64,000 nucleotides of DNA from Eledone cirrhosa (GCA_964016885.1 OZ024740.1:18724001-18788000), one strand, 5' to 3'. Shown: positions 42,046 through 57,649, numbered from the stretch's first letter. The notes: generated by a model not told the origin, from the sequence alone. Numbers and translations are program-made.

Positions 42046-43428
42046 GTTTGTATATGTATAATAAAGCCAAAACAATGCAGGTATGGACATAGAATAAAGA
42101 ATACAAATGCAAAAGATATTGTTGACAATTAGTCTTTTACCTTAGATTTATTTAAATGTCCTTAATTTTCGAGATAATATCTCTTCTTCAGAGGGAAGTA
42201 AAGCTGTTAATCCAGTGTTCTAAATAGCTTGCCAAGTCAAGCTGACAGGAAATGGTATAGAGTATCTGTTCTATCTCTAATGTCAAAGAGTTAAGATTAG
42301 GTGGATAAAGAGTAGTCTTCCTTTAAAAGGGGTTTTGTTTTTTTGTTGTTGTTTTTTTTTGTACATACCTGTTTAAGTGTGTGGGGGAATGCATGAAGGT
42401 GTAAGTATGTGAGTGTGTGTGTGTGTGTGTGAGAAGATATCTCTATACGTAAATGTGGGGGATAGATGTTATCTCGTGTTAGAATTGGTTTTGTGTGTGT
42501 ATGTGTGAGAGAGAATAAGTGGAAGTGTAAGCGTGTATGTGTGTGTGTGTGCGTGTGTGCGTTTGTGTGTGTGGGGTGTCGTATACAGACTAGAGTGTGA
42601 CAAATGCAACAACGTCTACGTAGGTAGCACCACCAGACCACTCCACATAAGAATAAAAGAACACCCCAATACTAACGCTTCCTCATTTAAGAAACACCTA
42701 GTTAAATGCAAAAACACCGACAAAACCATAACAGTTAGGATAGAAACTAAGGAAAGAAACCTCGGCAATCTTAGAATTAAGGAAGCACTAATTATAGACA
42801 AAACACAACCACCAATCAATAATAGACTAGAACTCAACACCCAATTTATAACTTGATAGAGCTTCTAGCCCCATATTTACACACCCCACACACACGCACG
42901 CACGCACACACACACACGCTTACACCTCCACTTATTCTCTCTCACACATACACACACAAAACCAGTTCTACCTATCCCCCACATTTACGAATAGACTTAT
43001 CTTCTCACACTCACACACACACACTCACATACTTACACCTTCATGCATTCTCCCACACACTTAAACAGGCATGTATATAAAAAAAAACCCAAAACAAACC
43101 CCTTTTAAAGGGAGACTACTCTTTATCCACCTAATTTTAACTCTTTGATATTAGAGATAGAACAGATACTCTATACTATTTCCTGTCAGCATGGCTTGGC
43201 AAGCTAGTTAGAACGCTGGTTTGAGACCTTTATTTCCCTCTGAAGAAGAGATATTATCTCGAAAATTAAGGACATTTAAATAAATCTAAGGTAAAAGACT
43301 AATTGTCAACAATATCTTTTGCATTTGTATTCTTTATTCTATGTCCATACCTGCATTGTTTTGGCTTTATTATACATATACAAACGTTTATACCTCATTA
43401 CACAATGCTTCAAGTGAACTATAACCTC

Positions 43429-43434
<6 letters not shown>
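42042..43434 (+). mobile_element. Penelope-like 3' fragment (GIY-YIG) with about 535-bp inverted pseudo-LTR
   Basis: VVYRLECDKCNNVYVGSTTRPLHIRIKEH...IKEA...PPIN at 42577-42856. 42042-42577 is the reverse complement of about 42882-43390. The tail cacaatgcttcaag...ctctca is shared with the 50400 end. Flanked by (TA)n. Confidence 0.9.
43237..43271 (+). ncRNA. Minimal hammerhead motif in PLE pseudo-LTR
   Basis: CCT-CTGAAGA-a-GAGAT-att-ATCTC-GAAA-AT-TA-AGG; inverted copy at 42160-42194. Confidence 0.7.
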
Positions 43435-43478
<44 letters not shown>

Positions 43479-43531
43479 TTCAAAATATTAATTCAAAATA
43501 TTAACAAAATAGATATTCTTGTAATCAAGTA

Positions 43532-43598
43532 TATTTTATTATACATATTTCAGAGGTACTGAGTTAACTTCAACAGTACGTCCTCATCAGATAAAATA
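43532..43598 (-). ncRNA. Hammerhead ribozyme motif with 8-bp stem I
   Basis: TATTTTAT-CTGATGA-GGAC-GTACTG...CAGTAC-CTCT-GAAA-TATGTA-TA-ATAAAATA. Confidence 0.72.
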
Positions 43599-44432
43599 AG
43601 ATGATGCATGACATACCCTGACATAGTAGATGGTTAAGATTCAATCATGGTAGTGAGTAATATATGACAAAACTCAATATTTATATACCTTAATATTGAA
43701 ACATGAAAATAACCTACATATAATACATATAATAGAGTGGGTGCGTGTGAGAAAGCTTAACAAATTTATAGCAGAAATATAACTGTTAGAGATTCAAATA
43801 ATTTAAATTACTGAAGAAAGAGGAAAGAAAAGAAAGGCATAGAGAAAAAAACAGATGAGGGGATAATATAGCTAGTAAGAGCATAGAAAGCAAAAGAGAG
43901 TTGATTACAGAGAGAGAGATAAAGAGGAATCATTTTTATAGTGTAATATATAGGGAGATATTAATTGTATATTTCTATATAGAACAACGTTTGGGCTTAG
44001 CTTTAGGAAAAAGAAAAAAACTCAATTCATTGAATTATTGAATTATCTAAAAGTATTCATCAATCGAAATCTTTCTATTTATATATATATATATATATAG
44101 GGTTGGTGCGTTATGGTCCACCCGGTTTCTTACCACACCTTCTTTGTTCTTTGTTATATATATATGTTATATCATATATATATATATATCATATATATAT
44201 ATATTATATATATATATTATATATATATAGATACATATATATATATTATACAATTATATATATACATACATATATCACACACACACATATCTACATACAT
44301 ATATATGAAATGTAGAACTATAAAATCAGATGTGAATGTGAGTGGATAGATAGATAGATAGATAGATAAATATGTTATACAAAATTGAAAGAAAACCTTG
44401 AATGCAACAGTAATTTAGATATCTCTGCACAT

Positions 44433-44491
<59 letters not shown>

Positions 44492-45108
44492 TCGTCTGAA
44501 TACACATATATTCACATATCGTCTAAACATGGATTTCCCGTCCATTCCTGAAATATTTATCTCACTGGAGTTTAATTAAATTTTGTAATTTAATATATTA
44601 TAACTGCAATATGTCGGATTCCATGCACTGGCGCCCCTGCTCTCTTAAAGTGAGCTATATGATATCAGTTAAAAGCTTCCTAAACTCATATCTGATTAAC
44701 TAGTACCAACAATAAGGATTCACTGATGTCAGACGTCCACTGAAAGCTTTTAAAGCTGAACGCCCCAAATCGAGAAAAAAGAAAGCCAAAATATATATGA
44801 GAGCTAAACCTGAATCTCACACAGTCGAACACGTGCCACGTGTTTTATTACGATAACAGTGAGCAGGTCACTGCCAATGAATGTCAATGCGTTTAAACTC
44901 ATTCTGTAATTTCAGCAAATCAATTGCCCTGTAACACTTGGCAAATATAATAAACTAATGAAACAAAAACTCGGCGGCAAACTTCACAACTCTCTTATGC
45001 GATAAAGCTTGCAATTTTGATGATGTGGCGTTGTGTGGTTATATATATATATATATATATATAGATGTGTATATATATATATATATAGATATATATATAG
45101 ATATATAT

Positions 45109-45168
<60 letters not shown>

Positions 45169-45171
<3 letters not shown>

Positions 45172-46843
45172 AACGAGTAGGACCCCGACGGCTGAGCTCA
45201 AGCCGTTTCGACGGCTAATTCTGGACTAAATGAACATTTTTATCCTGGTATATGAATAGCCGAGCTTCTCAGGGGGTAATTCCATATATGGTAAGAGTGA
45301 TTGTCACAAGGATTGGTCAAAAGTTTGTTGTTGAGACACATAATTCTTTCATGGCAATTTGTGGAAGGAAAGGGTAGCTGAACCTGCCAGTAGAAGAAAG
45401 AGGGAGAGGGGGTGGAGGAAACCCAGTCGTGCGTTGATAGTGCCAACTACAGCAGGGCAGGAGGTCAAGCAAGTATACTGGGGAGGGGGAGGGGGAGGAA
45501 GTCGAAACAATAAGTAAATCAATATGGAGTAAATATATAGAAGAATACCAAGAATGTTAAAGATATAAAAAAAACAATTTCTGGTTACTATTCCCTAACG
45601 ACAGTCATCAAGTCTCTCACTGGTACTGCTAAACTATAGAAAAGTTTACTAGGTGGGACGGAATTATAATGAGACCATTTTAAGAGTTAGTAGTAATCAA
45701 CCGAGTATATCTTACGGTGACAGGTCAACAAGTGGGGGGGACCAAAATACTAAAGAAACTACCACGAAATAATAATTCAGAGTCCCGAAACTAATACGAA
45801 ATAATTGTTTCTACCCTAGGCACAAGGCCAGCAACCACCCAGTGCAAAAAATAAACTAATACGAAATAATAATTCAGAATCCCGAAAATGAATACTAATA
45901 CTATCTCTAAGGGTGCCGCTACGATACAAAAATTCTAGTGCAAACTACATAAAAGCTCGTACGAAGTATATGAAAAATTTGATACGGAAAATTAATTCAG
46001 AATCCCCCCCCCCCCCCCAAAAAAAATGCTGATATACGAGAAATTAAAGCAAAGATACCACTAAGAAATGTAGAAAGCACGGAAATGGGGCAGCCATCGG
46101 ATAAGAAAGCAAGTATCCGGGGTCTATCACATCTGCTATAAAAAGCGGAGTCGGCCAATTCTATCATAGAATAGGGGATGGGGGTGGGGGTACTGAGGCT
46201 ACAAAGGACCGAGGGGCTGCCTCGGGTGGGCGAGAAAGTGAAAAGGACGACGACAAAGAAGGAGGACTGGGGTGGAAGGACTAGGAAGGGATGGGGGGAA
46301 GAAGGAAATATAGAGGAAGCGATAAAAAGATATAAAAGAAGATCTTACGTCTACCTTTGCAAGCAGGGCTTACCCATTACAAAGTCGGCAAGTGGGGTGT
46401 TACAGCCCTTGTCTACCCTCCCCCCGGGTCATTATGGGGTTTGAGGGCGAGGTAAGTCCTACGCAATCTGTGTTTGCATGCAGTTACCAGTTCGTCTTTC
46501 TTGTTTAGGAGTTGGTCCGTCGAAAACAGCATTTGTAAAGTTTCCTCCGAGCATAAATTGCACGGACGGCGTCCCCCCGTGTAAGAGTTGGCTCTGGACA
46601 GTAAGCTCCAAGTGACCAATCCTTGTGACAATCACTTTTACCATATATGGAATTACCCCCTGAGAAGCTCGGCTATTCATATACCAGGATAAAAATGTTA
46701 ATTTAGTCCAGAATTAGCCGTCGAAACGGCTTGAGCTCAGCCGTCGGGGTCCTACTCGTTCCTATTACCCACTCTACTACCCTAAGTATTGAGTACTTTG
46801 GTGCGTTATGGTCCACTTGGTTCCTTACCACATTTCCTTCGTT
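45169..46843 (-). mobile_element. Penelope-like 3' fragment (Naiad-like GIY-YIG C-terminus); longest copy of abundant hairpin family A
   Basis: WSLLSRANSY...CNLCSEE...LLNKKDELVTACKH at 46413-46615. Arms 45169-45319 and 46613-46762 are inverted; flanked by (TA)n. Confidence 0.85.
46655..46750 (+). ncRNA. Hammerhead-like motif with non-canonical CUGAGAA core (family A)
   Basis: ACCCC-CTGAGAA-G..CGGCTATTC...GAATTAGCCG.C-GAAA-CGGCT-tgagctc-AGCCG-TC-GGGGT; inverted copy at 45182-45277. Confidence 0.65.
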
Positions 46844-46920
46844 ATATATATATATATATATATATATTCCAGGTATCAGTTTTCGAGTTACGCATTATGT
46901 GACGTATAGCAAGTGCACAT

Positions 46921-46988
<68 letters not shown>

Positions 46989-47429
46989 AGTTATTGTTAT
47001 ATGTAATCCAGTTAGCGGTTGTGAGTACACTGCGTCGTGGATAGTTTTAACGTACGGCTTGTTTAACTCAACAAGATGTTTCCATAGTTAGGCATCGAGT
47101 TCGCGGTAATTAATATGCAGGTTATACTTGGAGTAATAATAGTTAAAGAATGAAGAGTATCATGGTTGGCTGTACAATAAAGGACTTTATTTCAAGTATA
47201 TATAAAGGATCGATCGACTTTCGTCAAATCGGACCGAGGAAACAATGTTTCCGTCGGTCTTTCTAGTTGCTAGTACTATCCATCGGTCACAACTCCAGGT
47301 AGAAGGAGCAACGTGAAATAAAATGTCTTGCTCAAGGACATAACGCATCGCCCGGTCCAGGAATCGAACTCACAACCTCAAGATTGTGAATCCAATTCTC
47401 TAACCACTCAGCCACACGCCCTCACAAAA

Positions 47430-50394
47430 TACCTTCGCACGTGTATTAAACAGATCCTGAGACATCTCAACCGCCAATTACACGTCCATAAGCGGACACT
47501 CTCATAGCGGACACATCGACTGTCAGTAGCACCCGGGGACTTGCTCCTGAAAATCTTGTCGAAACGTCACAACGCGAACATCGACACTAACGAACAGAAA
47601 GACCAGAACCACGTGGAAAACAACAACTTAACAACCGCCACCGCCGCATCCACCAACACCGAGCCACACCTCAACGATGCGACGCATCTGGTCATCGACC
47701 TAACCGGCACTCTCACGAGCGACGAGCTGAAACTCCTACACCTCGGACCCAAGTTCATCGTCTCACAACGTCTCGACGACAGACTCAAACTCAACATCGA
47801 GGCCAACTTTTGTCGAGCCGCTTACCAACTTAAATGGGTGACCGCCATCAACAGCGCCCACGCAACCCACCCCTGTTCCCCACTTACCACCCCGACAACC
47901 CACTCCACCCCCACCCACAACCACGAACTCGACACTAAACTCATCAGGCTAAAACACTCCATCTCGGATATACTTCACAAACACACACACACACGCACAA
48001 CACATAACCTCACCAAATCTCAACTCACCACTCTCTCCAACCTAAAATCGAAGAACCTCATCTATCTCCCCTCCGACAAGGGAATAGAATTCTGCGTCAT
48101 CAGCAGAGAGGCCTGCAACACCCTGGCCCTCCAACACCTTGACGATGACAACCTCTACTCCAAGGTCACGGGAATCACTCCCGAGCAGATAGAAGAGCAC
48201 ATCAACGCCGCCTGGACCAACATCTGCGACCGGCGGAAGCTCCCGAAGAAGCTGAGATACAACCTCCTCACGAGGAACAGCAGACTACCCGCCTTCTACC
48301 ACCTCGTGAAAACACATAAACAGGGACCCGACCTGAAGATCAGGCCCATTGTATCGAGCGTGGAAGGACCACTCTACTAAATTTCATGGCTCCTAGCCAG
48401 AATACTCAAACCCATCTTAGACACCTTGCCGGGACACGTTAACAGCTCCGAGGAGGTGTTGAAGCGCCTGCATCAAATGTATCCCGACACCAGAAGGAAT
48501 GACAGATATGCCTTCAGCTTTGATGTAGTCGCTCTCTACACCTCGGTCCCGGCACTCCCGGCCGTCAATATACTGATGGAACGCGTCCAATCCACCGACC
48601 TACACTGCTTCGGGCTCACCACCACTGACATCCACCAACTCCTATCCATCGTCGTCGACAACACCTACTTCGGATTCCTTGACCAAACATACCAACAAAC
48701 CTCGGGATTGCCCATGGGATCAAGCCTGTCGGGTGTGCTAGCGATCTCTTACATGGACAACCTCGAGCGCAAGGCACTCAACGCCTGCCACCCCAACGCC
48801 GTCGCCTTTTTCTCAAGGTACGTGGACGATATCCTCATCCTCACATTTCCCAAGACACGGCGAACAGAATCTATGAGACGTTCAACAACACGGACGAGAA
48901 CATTGACTTCAGTGTTGAACACCCCAACGAAGACGGGTCACTTGCCCTCCTCGACTTCCGAATCAACATCACGGAACAGGGAAGGATCCACTGCAACTTC
49001 TACCGAAAGGCAGCCTGCAGGGACCTGTTCGTTTACTACAAGTCCGCCCTCCCGAACAGTGCCAAAAGAGGATACATCACGAACGAGATCGCGCGAATCA
49101 AAAACAGATGCAGCGATCCCGCGAGTGGTGTCACTCATATCAAGCGATTCCTCGAGGTGCTGGAGACGAACGGGTACCCTACCTCGCTCACAGACAGAGT
49201 AGGAGACACCAGACGCAAGAGACAGAGAGGCACCAAGGCAAGTGCTTCCTTAAAATGCCACACCTGGGCGAGAATACCACCAACGCTATCCGCAAGGCTA
49301 TACGGAGGGAGGGCCTCGACATCCACCTGGCTCACTCGGGCCCCTCCCTGCGAAGATGCCTGTCCAGGAAACCCGGGAAATCTACTGACGCGTGCTCCCT
49401 CAGAGACTGCCCGATACGCAATGCGAACTCTTGCCTACGCACATACGTCGTGTATAAGATAGAATGTGACAGGTGCAACCAATACTATATAGGTAGCACA
49501 ATCCGACCTTTGCACATCCGGATCAAGTAACACACTAAAACCAGGGCCTCGTCTTTCCGGAAACACATAGACAAATGCGGAAACAAAGACGGAAGGCCCA
49601 TTGTCACAATTCTAGCGACTGAAAGAAACGTCGGCACGTTACGTATCAAGGAAGCGCTTTTTATCAAACGCCTTGCACCGCAAATAAACAATCGATCCGA
49701 GAGAAGCGAAATGAAGTGGCTGGTTTAAGTTAACAAACGATGCAGCAAGACACGCACACACACACACAAACGAGACAACTACACACGCACACGCACACAC
49801 ACACAGTAGCATTCCACCATACGAACATACTACACTGCCAATACAGAGGAGAAGGCAACAACACACACACACTCAAGCGAGACAACAACACACGCACACA
49901 CACACACAATAACATTTAACAAACAGGCAGAGAATGGACTGACAGCTAGCACCACCCCACTCCCACATTCAGCCGCTGACCTCTGCCCGACCGACCCCAT
50001 TTCACGCGCACGCGCGCTCTGCTGAATACCTCAGATATTCAAAACAACAAACAGCGGAGGACGCGTTTCGCACCTTTCCGACAGACAACCTTTCCCCCAC
50101 CCCGGAAAAACCCCCCAGTTGATGGATGTGAATCCGAAATATATAGGGACAATTAAATCTCTCCCAAGTTAACTCTCTCTCGTGTTCTTATTTTAATTTT
50201 ATCCTTTATACGCTTTCCTTCATTCTTCTACACGTCTTATACACACCACGCATCTCAACGTACACCCACTTATATCTCTCTCTCCACCACCGGATCTTGT
50301 TACCCGGAGATTTACCCATTTGCATTGTCGAGGCTTCCAAACGACTTAAAGATATTTACCTATTATTCCACAATGCTTCAAGCAAACTTCAATA

Positions 50395-50400
<6 letters not shown>
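47430..50400 (+). mobile_element. Penelope-like element (RT + GIY-YIG), 5'-truncated and disrupted
   Basis: LHLGPKF, PSDKG, FYHLVKTHK...IRPIVS, SFDVVALYTSVP, GLPMGSSLS, RYVDD; then C-x4-C-x7-C, VVYKIECDRCNQYYIGST.RPLHIRIK, IKEA...PQIN. 3' end joins (TA)n at 50400. Confidence 0.93.
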
Positions 50401-50449
<49 letters not shown>

Positions 50450-50640
50450 GTATATGTATTACATAATCCTAAGATACAATAATTGATCTAAAACCTTAAT
50501 TCTAACAATATTAACAGTAACTTATTTATTCTATTATATTATATTGTGTTATGTATAACTGACTAATATCGTCGTGAACTTTAGACAATATACTCTTTGT
50601 ATATATTTAGACAAATGCATATATCAAATTTAATAATAAC

Positions 50641-50705
<65 letters not shown>

Positions 50706-51174
50706 GTATATGCAGCGAGTTCGCGAATAATTCATATGCAGGTTATACTTGGAGTAATAATAGTGAAAGAATGAAGAGTAACATGGTTGGCTGTACAATA
50801 AAGGCTTTATTTAAAGTACTGACAATTGTTTCATTGTTCAGGTGAGTCTAGAGTTCGCTAATCGATTGAAGTTGGGTCACTCGATCTCCAATACATTATT
50901 TACCTCTGATCAACACATCAGAGTACGTAGATATAAAAATGCCTCGAGTGAATTATTTTTATATCTACGTACTCTGATGTGTTGATCAGAGGTAAATAAT
51001 GTATTGGAGATCGAGTGACGCAACTTCAATCGATTAGCGAACTCTAGACTCACCTGATCAATGAAACAATTGTCAGTACTTGAAATAAAGCCCCTTATTG
51101 TACAGCCAACCATGTTACTATTCATTGTTTCACTATATATATATGTATATATATGTATATATATATATACATAC

Positions 51175-51253
<79 letters not shown>

Positions 51254-51258
51254 CATAC

Positions 51259-51369
<111 letters not shown>

Positions 51370-51376
51370 TATATAT

Positions 51377-51431
<55 letters not shown>

Positions 51432-51972
51432 AAATTAAGATAAATCAAAATGAATTTAATCTAAATCGAAATTTTGGGTGTCATGCCAGAAAGACATGCG
51501 CCATATCCCCGCAAAATAAGCTCTAAGATTCTAACAAGTAGGTCCTAGCATTTTATAATAACTAGAAATTGATTAACATATAAATAAACATGAATAATCA
51601 CAGGAGATAATTTTTACAAGTGTGTAAGCACACATAGCTAGGTAGGTAACTAAATAAAGTTGACCAGAACTTCAAAAATAGATACCTTATAATATGATTA
51701 ATCTTCCCTGTATATATTCCATTAAAGAAATATATTTCACCAACTAATCGAATGGTAAACCACAGATGCCGATACTTGGATTTTCAACAAGGAAGAATTT
51801 TCAGTGGTCTATGTTTACACTACAAGTTATCTATATATATATGCATCTCCCGGTCCGAGAATGGAACTCATCACCTCACGATTATTAATCAAATTCATTA
51901 AACCACGCGCCTTCACTATACTATATATATATATGTATGAGCAAAAATCACGAGCGCTCTATCTCAAAATTA

Positions 51973-52008
51973 TTTTTGAAAAGCATAAGAAATGCGCAAC
52001 CGGTAAAA
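51973..52008 (+). ncRNA. Hammerhead-like motif, U3-A8 core with GCAA in place of GAAA
   Basis: TTT-TTGAAAA-GCAT-aagaa-ATGC-GCAA-CCGG-TA-AAA. Confidence 0.55.
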
Positions 52009-52146
52009 ACCTAAAACTAAAACTGAATACTAACTAATACTTATTACCAATTTATACTTATTCCTAATTAAACTATTTTTCACTGGGAAAAATTTGTCAG
52101 CATTTTCTTTTCCTTTTTACTAATATATATATATATATATATATAT

Positions 52147-52337
52147 AACGAAGGAAATGTGGTAAGGAACCAGGTGGACCATAACGCACCAAAGTACTCA
52201 ATACTTAGGGTAGTAGAGTGGGTAATAGGAACAAGTAAGACCCCGACGGCTGAGCTCAAGCCGTTTCGACGGCTAATTCTGGACGGAATTAGCCGTCGAA
52301 ACGGCTTGAGCTCAGCCGTCGGGGTCTTACTTGTTCC
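52147..52337 (-). mobile_element. Family A fold-back mini-element
   Basis: Same arms and tail; inside (TA)n. Confidence 0.85.
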
Positions 52338-53352
52338 TATATATATATATATATATATATATAAATCAGTTAACTTGCTGTAGAAACGGCAAGAGCACAG
52401 TCGACGGGTCCCTATATATATATATATATAGTTACTTTTCTGCAGAAATGTCAAAGATTTCCCTTTATATGTAGATATGGATTCTGAAATTCTTCGCCAT
52501 GTTCCAATCATGTGGTTATCATTAAATGTTATACACAAAGCATTAAGTTGTTAAACAGACCATCAAATTTCTCCACGTCAGTGTTTCTCAAAGTAGATTC
52601 CGAGAAGCCATAGGGTATATTTAAAATTTATGTTATCGCAACTCAAGTACAAACTATTTTTCTTTTTCTAAAGATCAACAAGATCTCAGACCTCATTCTC
52701 TTACTGAGTGGGGTGGAACTCGTCATATCCGACCAAAGAAACAATGTTTTCATTGGTCTTTCCATTGCTGATACTATCTACCGGTCAAAACTCCTGGCAG
52801 GAAGAGGAACGTGAAATAAAGTCTTGCTTCAGGACATAACGCATCTCCCGGTCCGGGAATCGAACTCATCACCTCACGATTATTAATCAAATTCATTAAA
52901 CCACGCGCCTTCACTATACTTAACTTCATATATAATCGTCTTTTAATAAAAATACATTATCTCGTTCGATGCTATAATAGTTCGCTAATCCACCACTAGA
53001 GTCTCGTTCTTGATGTTATCAATCAATGTTGCCTTTGTCAGAATTTGAACTCAGAACTCAAAGAGCCGGAAGATACAGTGTATGGCATGTTTTCTACGCT
53101 CTAATGATTTTATCAGAAGACGTTGCAAGTTAGAAGTGTTATCCGTCGGAACCGTCCAAGTAAGGATCAATGAGAAATAATGAACATGAGTATCTTTTGA
53201 AGTAGTACAACCTTTAATCCTTTAGTATTTAAACTGGCCATATCTGGCTAGAATTCTCTCACCTCTTTCTGTTTAAACCAGCCATAACTGGCTGCTCATA
53301 CCGACATTATGGTATTGTTCTCAAAATAAATATCAAAATCTCGTAAATTCAA

Positions 53353-53641
53353 TATTATGTGAGATATTATGTGAGGTAAAGCCTTTACTGTGAAAATACA
53401 ATAGTAAATATAGAGTAATGTAAATGTTATGTGAGGTATTATGTCAGGTAAAGCCTTTACTGTGAAAATAGAATAGTATATATAGAATAATGTAAATGTT
53501 ATGTGAGATATTATGTCAGGTAAAGCCTTTACTGTGAAAATACAATAGTATATATAGAGTAATGTAAATGTTATGTGAGGTATTATGTCAGGTAAAGCCT
53601 TTACTGTGAAAATAGAATAGTATATATAGAATAATGTAAAT
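53353..53641. repeat. 72-bp minisatellite x4 with A/B alternation
   Basis: ggtaaagcc recurs at 53375, 53447, 53519 and 53591; variants alternate. Confidence 0.88.
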
Positions 53642-53669
53642 AGTAAAGGGTTGATAGAACCAAACTTAC

Positions 53670-53851
53670 CAATTCAGCAATATAGGGCGCCAAAACTGCC
53701 CCTATTCTCCCACATGTAGAAAACAAACCCATAGCGGAGTTCCGTAGGATAGTAGGGAAGAGTTCACAACCAAACAGATAAATAACCCCAAATGCTGATG
53801 TAATACCAAGTTTTCCAATCATCGCGAACATTAAGATCAACCAATGATGAG
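53670..53851 (-). CDS. SLC22-like gene, coding exon (ELFPT motif)
   Basis: Flanked by ttttcag| and |gtaagt; 182 nt. Translates HHWLILMFAMIGKLGITSAFGVIYLFGCELFPTILRNSAMGLFSTCGRIGAVLAPYIAEL. Confidence 0.93.
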
Positions 53852-54321
53852 CTGAAAATGGGAAGAAGAAGAAAGAAATGGAATTACTGTATTAGATTAA
53901 TTACTGCCATTAATTACTGAGCTCTGGACCTAGCACGAGGTGGTGTTGGAGCTGAGCCCCGCGGATAAGACCGCAAAATCATTTCCGCGGACAATAAATA
54001 AATACAGTATATAGGTATCGAAATTATTATTAGCATAAACCATTTAATTATTTTAATTACATTGTCAAAGTGTTATGCTTGTCATATAAACCTTATATAT
54101 ATAACTTTATATGTACCACCAAAAAGAACAGGAAAGAAAGAAAAGAAAAGAAAATGAAAAGGAGAAAGAAAAAGAAGGATCAATCGACGAAGGAAAGGGA
54201 GTGGATGAGACAGTCACTGTACACTGCTTTTGTAACGAGTTTTAGGTGTGCATGTCACTGTGAAGAGCCACGGTAACATAGAGCGAAACATTTAGGATGT
54301 AATAGTAATAGTCAGAGAGAG

Positions 54322-54376
<55 letters not shown>

Positions 54377-54434
54377 GGCAGCAGCAACAGTGGGCTATCA
54401 CTTTATTGATCACGAAAGGATGAAATATAAAATA

Positions 54435-54710
54435 ACTGTTTCTACTTTAGGCACAAGGCCAGCAATTACCCAGTGCATTACTGGTACTTTATTTTATCGA
54501 CCCCGTAAGGATGAAAGGCAAAGTCAACCTCGGCGGGATTTGAACTCAGATCGTAAAGGGACGTAACTATGCTGGAAAGCATGGTGTCTGACCCTCTACC
54601 GATACTGCCAATCCACCGCCCTAGCATGGTGTCTGACCCTCTACCGATACTGCCAATCCACCACCCTAACATGGTGTCTGACCCTCTACCGATACTGCCA
54701 ATCCACCGCC
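54435..54710 (-). mobile_element. SINE family 1 with a triplicated 45-bp head
   Basis: agcatggtgtctgaccctctaccgatactgccaatccaccgccct repeated three times. Confidence 0.8.
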
Positions 54711-55074
54711 CATGAAATATAAAAATAACCTCAGGAGATAGTAAGTAGTTTAAACAAATATTGTTTGTTTGTGTTTGTATGTAAATGTTTGTACATACAC
54801 ATATATAATTTGTACACACATACACATATATAATTTGTACACACATACACATAATTGAAAAGTTACTACTCTTCCAAATAATATTTAAGTATTGTAATAT
54901 ATCTGACACCTTGTTATTTTTACCTGTTATTTAATTAGAGAAGTGATATTTTGTTCTTGAATGATTTGTATTGATATTTTATCAATCGTTTTGGATTTTA
55001 ATTAAATTCTGATGATTCCTATGGTTTGTGCTAACTAATAACAAATTGTTAAACGAAATAATTTGATGTATGTG

Positions 55075-55135
<61 letters not shown>

Positions 55136-55661
55136 ATGCTTTGGGAGGGTCATGTTGCCAATAATTAAATAGAAAGCATGAATGGAATAGCAACATCACA
55201 ACTTACAATTAAGGACAAAATGAAAACACACACACGCATAGAACAAACAACCAACCAGTAACATGTAAATAAACAAATAAATAAACAAATATAAACACAC
55301 ATAGACACCCGGATGTAACACATTCGCAAACTAAGCACACAAAACACACAAAAACAAGATGGCGTAGGACAGAACAAAGGAGAGGCACAAAAACAAAGAA
55401 AAGAATCCCCGTCACTGAAGAGGTCACAGAATGTGTGACGAAAGAACTTTAACAATATATGGACAATCGTCTGGTTGTGGAACCAACCAACCAACCGGAA
55501 ATTTATAAATTCTTAAATTTATAAATTTAATTTATAATAAATTGAAGTGAAAGTAACTGGTGCGTGTGTTTCTTATTGGCAACATGACCCTCCCAAAGTA
55601 TAACAATATCGGTTTCAACACACGTTTTCAGATAAAGAATCTTGCTAAACAAATTCAGAAA

Positions 55662-55703
<42 letters not shown>

Positions 55704-55825
55704 CAACCGGTAAAAACTTAAAACCAAAACTGAATACTAACCAATACTTATTACTAATTTTTACTTATTCCTAATTAAACTATTTTTCACTGGGAACAAT
55801 TTGTCAGCATTTTCTTTTCCTTTTA

Positions 55826-57649
<1,824 letters not shown>

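Noticed and set aside
46413-46631. Selenocysteine (in-frame UGA) recoding in Naiad-like GIY-YIG remnants
   Set aside because: The visible Cys positions here and at 56109-56402 are ordinary Cys codons, and no SECIS could be supported.
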